Below, in pieces: positions 50,901-61,880 of a stretch of DNA of 64,000 nucleotides. Position numbers and translations under genes: made by a program. The notes under the pieces were generated by a model. That model saw nothing but the letters and a program-made list of their open reading frames with translations. It did no database searches and had not been told where the DNA came from. How positions within the stretch are numbered: position 1 is the first letter of the stretch; each line of letters begins with the position of its first letter. Source of the DNA: Tubulanus polymorphus (taxonomy: Eukaryota; Animalia; Nemertea); the NCBI RefSeq assembly GCF_964204645.1, contig NC_134026.1, positions 10,563,950-10,627,949 of the forward strand. Direction: 5' to 3'.

Positions 50901-53900
50901 GAAGATTGTTAAATCACATCAGAGCAATGACCGAACGTGACAACGTTAATCCACCATTGAACGACTTTGAACATTTTTTGTTCTTAAGTGTATATTTTAG
51001 TACTATTTTGGAAACTGGTTTATAACCCACTGACTGGAGCAAACTGGTACTACATATCAGTCTTTGTACTTTGATTAATCACTGCTTTCAAAAGAAAATG
51101 GAATTTGATTTACTCAATTATGAAATCCTTTGAAAAAACTGGTATATTACTGGCAAGGTCCTCAATATTTTGAATTCGATGTACGTATGAGAAGAATGAA
51201 TCTTGTGTAAAACTTGATGGATTCATTTCGGGTTTCTTTAAATGCGCTATCGGGATAAGACCGGGAGAATGCATTTCTTCGATTCACTTCAATGAGGCTC
51301 AGACCACTTCTATTCTAAAACCTTCTATATCCTGGAGTAAAAACAAAGAGAAATTAAAGCGTTGAATTCATATGTATATAAGCACGTAATTTCAGGGGGA
51401 ATCCTGTTTATGGCTGCTATGCTAGCATCTTAAGCTACGCATTGAATCGGTTTTCGCCCAACATACGTACCCAACCTAACTTGAAAAATCAAGGAGGAGA
51501 ATCGCAGTAAAGGTATGCCAGTTCCTTCAATCCAGTACATCCAAGTCAAATATTGAAGGAAATACCCACCCAGTTTGGTAACCTTACCCCAGACAAAAGC
51601 AATCTAGGGATCATCAATCTTCGGGACCCACAGATTTCATACATATGTAACGGGAATTCGTCACCTTTCATATCGAAAGCAATTTGTTAGGTTTTAGTGT
51701 GATATACATCAACGTAGTTGTGCCGAAAATCAGATTTAGGAGCCTTAGGCTTTTTAGTGTGTTTTTAGGAATAAATGCTTGAAAAAAAGAAAAAAAACAA
51801 TTCGAAGGAAAGCAATGGGCTAAAAGAGCAGAAAACCATAGCAATAGTGGTAATGGTAGTCGTAGTGGCAGTAGTAATGGTAGTCTTAGTGGTAGTAGTG
51901 GTGGTTGTGGTAATGGTAGTGGACGTGGTGGTAGCGAAGCGGTTGTGGTAGTGGTGGTGTAGTGGTAATTGTAGTGGAAGTGGTAGGGAAGTGGTTGAGG
52001 GGGTGGTGGTGGTAGTTGCGGTAGCGGTTGGTAGTGGTAGTGGTAATGGTAGTCTTAGTTGCAGTGGTAGTGGTATTGGCGGTAGCGGTTGGTAGTGGTA
52101 GTGGTAATGGCAGTCTTAGTGGTAGTGGTATTGGTAGTGGCAGTGGTGGTGGCAGTGGCGGTGGCGGTGTAGTGGAAGTGGAAGTGGCGATAGCAGGAAC
52201 GGTAGCGGTAGCAGTAATGGTAGCAGTGGGTAGTGGTAGTGGTTGTAGTAATAGAAATTGTCATAATAATGATAATAATGGTAAAGAGAAAGACCACGGT
52301 AATAACAATAGAATTCCGTAGACACATAAAACCCTAAATATGGATAGTGCAAACATTAAATCTAGGAGGGTGTGCTGACTAATCGTTCCATATTTCATTA
52401 CATCGTTCAATGCGTTTATTCTTTGACTGATTTGTGAGGGTTTGAAAAAAGATACATTTTATGAACACTCGCTGACTAGAAGTAATCACGAGAATAACAA
52501 CTACGAATAAGCAGAAAGTCCTGACAATGTTTAAGGACGCCTTTTGTATACATAACATCAAAAATTCATAAAGACTATGAATTTTTGATAACATAAATAT
52601 GTATATATTTAACGACCTTGGCAATTCATACTCGTAATTTGGGAGATAGAAAATTGATGCCACGTTAATCCTGTACTTTTCCAGATGGTTGTCCTTCCAA
52701 AAAGTGGTTATATTTCATGGAGAGTTGCTATTTGTTTGAGTTTGCGCCTACAACAAGAACGCAAGCTGGAGAGATCTGCTCACAATATGGCGGACAACTG
52801 ATAGACGTGAATGACAAACCCGAACAAAAGTATATTGAATCCATTCTGGAATCGAACCTCACTGAGCTCAATCGTACACACACCATGGCAGAAGGCTATT
52901 GGACTGGTGGCTTCCGCATTGCTCAGCGATGGAGATGGGGTAATGGCAAAGAAGTACGTTTTAAGCTACCTTCTCTCATTCTCTTTATTCAAATGATTCG
53001 ATCTAATTCACGATATGTGACAGTTTGATGAATTTGAAATATAATTTGACAAGCTATGCGATAGAATATACTATCGGTTAGCTGGAACTTGTTACATTCG
53101 TGCAACCCAGAAGTACGAATCAATTGAAATTCATATATGGGTATGCTAGATGATTAAATGCTTTATGACCTATTACATGTATTTCAGGAAGAGCCGCTTC
53201 TACAAGTAAACGACGAAATAGTACCATTGACATTCGATGATTGGCATCCCGGGGAACCGAACAATCCTAGTGAGTTAGCAATTACTCTTAAAAGATCACA
53301 CAGGATTTGGGCTTGGAATGATTTATGGACTTCATCTGACCACAGATTAAACACAATATGCGAAAAAGTGTCCAATTCAGGTAAGGAGTGATTCGAAACA
53401 ATCTAATGATGTAGGTTCTTGGTTAAACTTGGTGAACATCTTTCTTCTGCTGTAGGATGCAGATCTCCATGGATTCAGTATGCTAATAGCTGTTATTTGT
53501 TCTACACTCGATGGCCAAAACAAACACATATGCAAGCCAAACGATTTTGCAGAAATCAGCGCGCTTACCTGGTTGCCATAAACAGCCGTGAGGAAAATCA
53601 ATTCCTCTATAGACAATTCAGTAATTCATACACAACAACTGCCTATTGGACCGGTGGCGTTAGGCTGGGTGGAGTTGGTGGTGAATTTGTCTGGGAAGTT
53701 GGTAAGATGGACCTGCGAGGGCACTGATTGATTCATCCTCCCTCGGATTCGAACCTAATGGCATCGAGATTGCCACCGCACGAAAAGCTGTCACAATAGA
53801 CCGAGTGCGCAGCTTCATGCGCCGCTTAGATGATATCATTATTTAGCCATGTAATCAGACACCCCGTTTCATTCAAGCCCGGGTTTTCCCATTTATAGTT

Positions 53901-56900
53901 CTTCCGTGAAATTTACCTCAGCGATTATACTACGAGCAATCTGATTGGTGCCGCAAGATTTCGCGCGGCAAAGCAGCGGCACATGTATAGGCGCACCCAG
54001 TCTAGTGTGGTAGGGGTTCGTGCCGTGGCTGAGTGAAGCGATGCCATCAGGTTCGAATCCTTGCCGAGGGAGGATGTGATTAATTGAGAATAGCGCAGAT
54101 ATAGATCAAATATAACAATAATCCCTCGTGTTTTTTGTTTGTTTTTAGAAACATATGATGCAATCTCAGTAAATTTTTCCTCTTATTCGCCCAAGGGCTC
54201 AGAATATAGATATTCTATACTTACAAAACTCAATGGTACGTGGGTCATATACCGAGCCGATGGTAACAGACCAGAAATATTTGTTTGTGAGCAACCAATG
54301 ATTGTATCGGGCCACAACACAGAACATCAACAATTGCTAGGTATGTAAACTTTTATCATGCTAAAATTTCAAAGTCAAATACTAAATATGTTTGCAGAAT
54401 TCACAAAGGAAAAAGTACAGTGGTGATGTAAATATCAATTGGGTTGTTGAATTTCAAATCATTTACATAAATAGAGGTCGCCATTCGGACAAACCTATAT
54501 CATAAGTCCTCATCTGTAGATAGAAAAGGATCTTTTCGGAAACTATCAACAGATTTTAAATCTGTATGATATTTCATAAAGCAGTGCCATTGATACGTCT
54601 CGTTATGCAGAATTGGGTTAACCTGTTTGTTTTCCTATGCATATTTTGTTATCACAATCAATTGCAAAATTGTAACGTATGACATGTTTTATGATTGTGG
54701 TGATCAGTGCGTAAAATTATATCGTGCGTAATGGTTTTATGCTGTTTCACAGAAAACCCTATGGATTTCCTTCCTCTGGTCCGTTTGAAAAATTGGTATG
54801 GCTATGGCCACAGCGGCCGTACCACTTGCTACGGCCTTGCCATATGAAAATATTTCATGGCTCCTTTTTTATGTCCGACAGTCCCAGTTATCATTGGGTT
54901 CGAAACTGCGACAATAAACAAGCGACAATAGACAATTTTCAATTTCTATTAATGACTTCCAATGGTTTGCATATTAATTATGTTGCTAGGCAGAAAACTC
55001 GCTATTGCTGCTTTGCAACTATATTATTATCTTAATTTCTTATTATGAAATTATGTTTTGTTTCTTATCATAGAATGAAGTTATATGTACTTGTCTCTCA
55101 AATTTTTTATAGCTTGCCCTGGGAATTATGAATTGATACATAATCGATGTTACGAATTTGCGATAGATAAGTTGACGGTTGGTGAGGCAGAGAGGCAATG
55201 CATGTTGGGTGGGGGACACCTCATGGCTATTGACAGCGCAGAAGAATTAACGTATATCGTGCAGAAGCTTGAAGCACTTTTTATTGATGAGAATATTTAT
55301 GTTGGCCACGTCAAGGTTGGAGACAAATGGATACGTGCTGAGGATGCTGGGAATTTTTTAGGTAATTTTGAACATGATATTTATTTCAGGGTATTCAATG
55401 TGCTATATGCTGATAAATAATCAACATCTAAACCACTTAAACATCATTTTTCGTATGAAGATAACAGATTTTTTATCGAAACATTTTTGTACGCATTGTC
55501 TGCCGTGTCCATGTCTCTTCGCTCATTTTGTGTCATCGATTCATAGTTCAATTCATGCGTTCATTTTTACCTCCGCTGTGTCCAAGCTGATATTTTAGCG
55601 GGTTCCTCCATCGTCTTCCGTCAGGTCGTCTGGCGTCAACGTTTACTTTAAATCGCTACTACCCATACAGTTTTTATCGGATCAAGTTGGTACCATGAAT
55701 TTGTGGGCCAATGCCTAAAAGAATCTACAGGCGTTTTGGATTTGACCCCCAAGGGTAGCCTTGGATGGGGCCCATATTTCTATGTATCTCTTCTAGTCTT
55801 CCAGTTTTTATCAGATCACTACTTTCTGTGTATGTTATATGAGTCATGGGCAACACGAATATAGGAGCCGTTCTTGGATTTTTCCTTCGGGGTTGTCCTA
55901 TTAGGGTGCCGGGTCTATGTTTCTATGAATCATTACTATTCCTACAGTATTCATTGGATCTCTTCTGAATTTCTTATTGATGTTCTATTGGTGATCGATA
56001 ATAACGATATAGACCCCTTGTTTGGGGATCCGACGCACAGGGGTTGCCCTACTGAAAAGATTCAATGAATTTTTAATGACACTTTTCGGGATACCTTTAG
56101 CAATGGGGCCATTAGATAAATGATGAAATCAACAAAAACAGCGGAGGTGATCAGCTGACAGGCTGTTCTTCGGGGCTTTTGAACAATAATAGAACCACGT
56201 CTGAAAAACTATTCTATTTTGAAATATTAACAAGACTATACATCGTATTACTCATTCGTAGTAGAACCACATCGTTGGCAAAGACTTGTGTGTTATACAC
56301 TTCTGTTTGTTACGTTGTAGTTCCAACTGAATTTCTAAATTGGGATTTTGGACAACCTTTTCAATCCTCACTTACTGCACCGGGTTACTTGGTGATCGAC
56401 TCGACGAACTATCGATGGCAAAATCTCCCCGCTGATAAGTTGTCCATGAAGACAATGGGTTTTATTTGTGAGAAGGACAAAACTAAATTTGGTATGTAAA
56501 ATATATTAATTGAAGGGATATTTTCTTTTGCGGCTATATTGATATGATGATATGATATCCGTATATTCTTATCTTAGAGATTTTCCAGATTGATAGGGCC
56601 TGTACGTCTGATTTACTCGGTTCAAAATATATCGGTGTGCAGAGTACGACACGACGAGGTGCCGTATGTCAGAGATGGATCCACCAATACCCAAATCGCC
56701 ATGAGATGAATCGAGCAGATCGATTTCCAGACGCAAGGGTAACTGACGCTGCTAACTATTGTCGAAACCCAGACAATTCGCCTATGGGTCCGTGGTGCTA
56801 TGTAAACTCATTTTCAGTGAGATGGGATTACTGTGGCATTCCACGATGTGATGGTAACCATTTTATCATTTGTTTTCGATCCATGAAAGATCAAAATGAA

Positions 56901-59900
56901 GTGTATCTACATTTGATGTTTTTTTTCTCAGTGAAATTAACCACGGAAACTACCAAGGGAATACACTCCGATTGTATACACCCCGACGATATACAAGGAA
57001 TAAACTACAACGGGACGATGAACATAACAGCCGATGGTAATTCGTGTCAGTCGTGGGACAGCGTACCTGCATATGCGAGAAAAAAGCGAACGTATATGAA
57101 AGTTTCAGATGCATCAATGGCGAATGCATCAAACTACTGTAGAAACCCAGACAAGAAACCCGAAGGGCCATGGTGCTATCTGGCCAATATGTCTGCTGGT
57201 GTTTGGGCATATTGCGCAGTGCCATCGTGCGATTTGGCTGAAATTGAAGAACCTACATTGAAATTAGAATGCAAATACCGTAATGACTCCATCGCTCTTA
57301 AGTACACTGGGACGAAGCAAACTACAAGAAATGGATATTTATGTCAAAGATGGACATCGCAAAAACCTAACGCACACATTCGAACACTGGACGTGATGTT
57401 TCCCGATAAAACCGTTGCCGATGCTGGGAACTTCTGTCGAAACCCAGATAAATCGAAGAAGCCCTGGTGTTACACGGTCAATGGGCCGAGATGGGATTAC
57501 TGTGAGATTCGATATTGCAATGATGATGACATTGCAACACAGCGTAAGTCCTGTACATAATATGTATACGTAGAAAGACCAACGCCTTATTTTCACTTAT
57601 TTAAAAAAAGAATTAAATTCCACAATTTGCTTTGCATTTACAGGAAAATATTGTAAAATCGGTTTCTCACGATACGGTGAAAAATGTTACCATGTGTCAT
57701 CGTCCGTTACGAATGGATGGTCAGAAGCGAATTCAGCTTGCTCACGCAAAGGAGCGGAGCTTGTTGCGATCAAATCAAAAGGGGAATTTTTCTATATCAC
57801 TAAGATGTTGGAATCAACTGAAGGGCGTTTTTCAAGACGAACACAGTTTTGGACTGGCGGTAGACGGAAACAAGCTTCATTGTGGACATGGGGTACAAGT
57901 CAGGGGAACGCAGATGATGACGATTCAGGAAAAAAGACTACGTCACCATTTGTATTTACGCATTGGAGACTTGGTGAACCGAATAGTTTATTAGGAAAAG
58001 TCGTAACATATAAAAAAATAAATGGAGAATGGGGTTGGGACGACGTACATCCGAATAAAGGCATCCATTCGGGGTTCATTTGTGAGAAAGGTTTGTATTT
58101 CAATAACCGAAAGTAAATGGGCATTTATAACCACTCATGTCGAACGATGTTACATTTTGACTCCAATTCCACTCACCTTCCAGAAAATGATGAATGCGCA
58201 GACAAGTCTTGGCAATATCATTCAGGGAGCTGCTATTACTTCTCTGGAACTAAAGTTGACTATTTAGTCGCTAAACACCTATGTCGAAAATGGAACTCCC
58301 ATTTAGTAGCTATCAACTCTGCATCCGAAGACAAATTCATTTTAGACGAACTTAGAAATACCTCTGTCGGTAACTTTGCAGAATTTTGGATAGGCGGAGT
58401 GCGAGATGGTGAAACGTTTATTTGGGACACATCAATACTGCCTGCAGAATCTAGAGGTTATGAATTCCGTAAATTTTATCCTAAAGCAAACGAGAAAGGA
58501 TGTTCATTTTGCTTTCTGTTTTTATTCTGTTCTTGCTCCATTAGTTACATGCAACATAGCAATACCGAATACAATTCGCTGTCCAATTTTGTCACCCTCA
58601 AAGACATTTACTTATCATTACGAGTTTGCAAACTCGAAAAACTTTTTTAGCAGACAAGTTTGTGAAACGGCATTTCGAAAAATATCCAATATCTTCGGCT
58701 GTCTTCTAACGACTATCTAGTAGGCCTTTAAGTTTCCATCTCACTTCTAAAAATGTCTCACTGTTTCTTATTGTGTTTTCACAGGATCTTATAGATTAGG
58801 TTGGAACGGTTGGCTGTTTGTCGTGGGTCCACCACATACTTGGAAGCTTACGTATTTGCAATTACAGTTTTCTGCTGGGAAATGGGGATGGCATCACGGA
58901 TGGCGGAATGCACGATTACCCTATATCTGTGAAAATTCCAAGATTCCAGTATTCAAGAATGGAAAAGTGACTGCTGGTACGTTTATGACCTATTTTTTAA
59001 GATGTTTCACTCTTGCAAAAATGAAAATGATTTGACTGATCTGACTATCTTTCTCCAGAGTGTCCTGATTGCATATTGGGCAACCACGCCGTCTTCAAAG
59101 ACACATGCTATTGTATAAAACGCGAGACAAAGGCATGGTACTATTCTTATATGGACTGCCAAAGTACTGGTGGCAATCTGATATCTCTAGATAGTGTCAA
59201 TGAAACAAATGCTATAACTAAGCATCTTTCAAAAAGTCGGGCATATTGGACAGGTGGTTTGCCAGTTGACGATACGTGGATGTGGTCACGTGATTACGCT
59301 CAGTTCAAAGGTGAGCTTTCGTCCATTTGATGTGTACATGTATTTGTTTTCGCATGATAGAAATCGAGGCGCTACAGCCCCGGGGTTTCTACTCTGTAAT
59401 GGTGAGCTCCAGTATCAGCTAGCCCTCCAACAGCGTGATGAGCACTCGTCTTACGTTGTCAAACTTAGTTCATTAATCAACCTTGAACTGAATTTTGAAT
59501 AAATCTTTTCTACGTATACTATCGTTGGTAGAGTTTATATTGATAATTGATTGATTTAAGTTAATTCAATATTAACTTAAATGCAGAAGAATTAACGTAG
59601 AAGACTACTATCGATCCAGGTGGATTCTTGCTTGCCATAAGTCGAATTCTCAATTCCTCAATTGCCACAGTAGGTTGGTAGGTTCCCATTGAATAGAAAC
59701 TATTTCAAATGTACACAAAAAAAGAGATTGACAAGAAACCCAAATCACAAATAAGCAAATCTATCTGTTACTAACAGGGTTCAAGTTCCACAGAACCATC
59801 AAAATCAACTGACCACAGGATAGTGCCAATATAGACGAATAATCACATATACTGACAAATAATTGCCTTTTTTAGATTTTCCAATTACGCAGGATATTGT

Positions 59901-60078
59901 TGTCGTTTTAGTAAATCCGGACCAATTCTCAAGTTGGAGCCCAGGAGAGCCGAATAATTCGGAGAACATGGAAAGCTATATCGCGATCAACAGAGATCGG
60001 AAAGGCTGGGGATGGAATGATGAACGCGGCAATGTCAGATTGAGATATATCTGCGAAACGCCGATTCTGCCCAACTGA
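47957..60078 (+). CDS. Secreted mosaic lectin: signal peptide, 3 C-type lectin domains, 3 kringles, 3 C-type lectin domains; 14 exons, about 1212 aa
   Basis: Exons: 47957-48020 (signal peptide MMTRFAGYMITIGLIFPLACA; least certain), 52685-52953, 53188-53380, 53456-53701, 54149-54340, 55113-55361, 56321-56491, 56578-56853, 56932-57543, 57644-58090, 58184-58456, 58785-58976, 59059-59310, 59876-60078. All GT-AG and in frame; total 3639 nt. CTLD motifs include CY, W(T/I)GG, WxxGEPN, WND and ICE. The kringle motif N(Y/F)CRNPD..PWCY..W(D/A)YC occurs three times. No TM helix or protease domain. Confidence 0.88.
48073..48103. mobile_element. 31-bp micro-insertion with CATGGAC inverted ends and 7-bp TSD (gttgaac)
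   Basis: gttgaac-catggac...gtccatg-gttgaac. Confidence 0.65.
48848..50790 (+). mobile_element. Family E copy split by a 1266-bp insertion
   Basis: 48848-49274 and 50550-50790 rejoin to give the sequence seen intact at 20241-20270. Confidence 0.8.
49275..50540. mobile_element. Insertion flanked by a 9-bp direct repeat (gtgtttttg)
   Basis: gtgtttttg at 49266-49274 and 50541-50549; it occurs once in the uninterrupted family E copy. Confidence 0.75.
51840..52310. repeat. Degenerate (GTA/GTG/GCA)n trinucleotide tract
   Basis: Low-complexity tract in intron 1 of the lectin gene. Confidence 0.9.
53734..54076. mobile_element. MITE-like element of about 340 bp whose roughly 80-bp inverted arms contain a Pol III B-box
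   Basis: catcctccctcgg-attcgaacctaatggcatcg...gcacgaa...tagac...gtgcgc is mirrored by gcgcac...gtcta...ttcgtgc...cgatgccatcaggttcgaatc...ccgagggaggatg. Confidence 0.65.
55563..56170 (+). mobile_element. HINE-like family B copy
   Basis: 5' ttttacctccgctgt pairs with 3' acagcggaggtga, followed by the short hairpin cagctgacaggctg. A cgtc microsatellite lies near the 5' end, with internal tandem repeats. Confidence 0.65.
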
Positions 60079-60146
60079 GCTTGATCTTAACATTTACTCT
60101 TGAATATATATTAGAATATTTAGACTTCTGATGATTTGATCAGATT

Positions 60147-60152
60147 AATAAA
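60147..60152 (+). terminator. Probable polyadenylation signal of the lectin-kringle gene
   Basis: AATAAA about 70 nt after the TGA stop. Confidence 0.55.
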
Positions 60153-61185
60153 CAGAATATTGGATAGTTCTTCTCTAAGGTATTTCTCACGGACATAAAG
60201 CCGGGCATAGGTTGGTCTTGCGGCGATCGGCTACTATTTGCGATGCGATTATCTGCGACCTCCATCGATGAACCATGAGTGGATTTATAGGGCCCAGGAG
60301 GACTGCCCGAAATAACATTACTGTATGGTAATTCAGATAACTATATGAATTGGTTGGTCTTTTGGAGGAAACATCACGCTTATTGGGTGGGAAGTTTTAT
60401 GTTGATTTGGCAATTCTTTGGTCCTAAATATTAACCGTGGGAAAGTCTTAAGCATAGTTTAAATTTTGAACGATTACAAGGAGGCATTAATTTAGTTTAA
60501 AAAAATCATTACAAAATGAAATAAAAACATCAGCCATATTGCTACCTTGTGGAAGATGTCTTCCTCTGTGAGGAAATAAGTGAACTATACCATTGGCAGC
60601 TCGGAGATTAAAACTGATTTAAAATAGTTTGAAACGCGCCTTGAAAGTTTTAATGGTGCGCGAAGTTACTGCATATTCACTGATCTACAACTCAATTGAG
60701 ATCGAGTCCCATTATTTCATTCTACGCACGTCTCTAGTGCGACAATATGTTCTTCGCGATGAAATAAATTTAAAAAAAACAATATCTCTATAATAGTACA
60801 CTACCGAGTCGTGCATTGAGAAGTAATCAAGAATCACACTGGTGACTTAATAACTTGCAGTTAGTTGCAATACGTTGCGCTATCGCTTCAAATAAAATGT
60901 TTATCATGCGTGATTTCAAAACACTGACTGCCTACTGACACGGGTGCCAATGGCCTGACCAAAAATGTCGGACCAGGCCCGAGGCAGATTTTCTAATATT
61001 TGCCTGTCAATTGCAACTGGTTCCGGAAACGACTCACTTCGTTTTGTTTAAGCTTTGTTCAGTACCGAGTGAGTTTTTTGCCTCTGAAGTGCGCTCTTTA
61101 ATGAGGCCCGGATTGTTTATACGTCCAGTCCAGGTAAAAAAAAAACATAATAGAACTATTAGAAAGTAAACTAGCAATACATGTT

Positions 61186-61337
61186 AGTAATAGGGAATAT
61201 GGGGGTTCAGATCAAAGGTCGAAGGGTCGAGCCCATTAAAGATAAAAAAGAAATTCTTGCACGCTCGAATAAATTTTTTATTTTTTACTCACTCGCCCCT
61301 TCAACCTTTAACCTGAACCCCCATATTCCCTATTACT
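61186..61337. mobile_element. Small MITE of about 150 bp
   Basis: TIRs agtaatagggaatatgggggttcag / ctgaacccccatattccctattact. Confidence 0.8.
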
Positions 61338-61505
61338 TCTAATATTTCCATATATTAAAAGTGTGAGTTAAGTGTTAGCGTAATAATCTAGATAAATAAG
61401 ATCAAATATAGATTTCGAATAATAAAAAATCAATTTTAAACATAAAAAGTGCGAGTAAAGTGTGAGTAAAGTGCAAACATAAAAAGTGTGAGAAAAAGTA
61501 ACGAG

Positions 61506-61880
61506 TAAATATAGCTGCAAAGCAGCGATAACGGGTTTTCTGCACAGTCTTAGAATCCTGTTCAACGGTGGATTTCAACAAAGCATTTGATAAGGCTCAA
61601 CATCAGCCATTACTGAACAGGCTATTAGGAAACAGTACCAATGATAGGTCGCCCAAATGGCACAGCAGTTATCTCTGAACGGAAACTTGTAACCGAAATC
61701 AATGGAACGCCTCATCTTGGAATGAGACGGTCTAACTAGTGAAGTCACGTAAGGTAGTATCCTAAGTCGTCTTCTGTTTAATGTCCTGACAATTGACATA
61801 CACAGTAATCCAAAATATACCAGACCGAGTAAATTTCCAAAACAACCTGAACACACTGTTCGACCAAAAACTTAATGTTC
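61506..61880 (+). mobile_element. Family C repeat end with decayed LINE RT fragment, copy 2
   Basis: Colinear with 15195-15560 (DFNKAFDKAQHQPLL...GSILSRLLFNVL). Confidence 0.75.

Noticed and set aside
52028-52352. Val/Gly/Ser-rich and Thr-rich ORFs
   Set aside because: Translation of a degenerate trinucleotide tract in an intron. No flanking splice sites were identified that would make it a mucin-like exon.
53990-54076. tRNA gene
   Set aside because: A B-box is present but there is no acceptor stem or cloverleaf. It is part of an inverted repeat pair.
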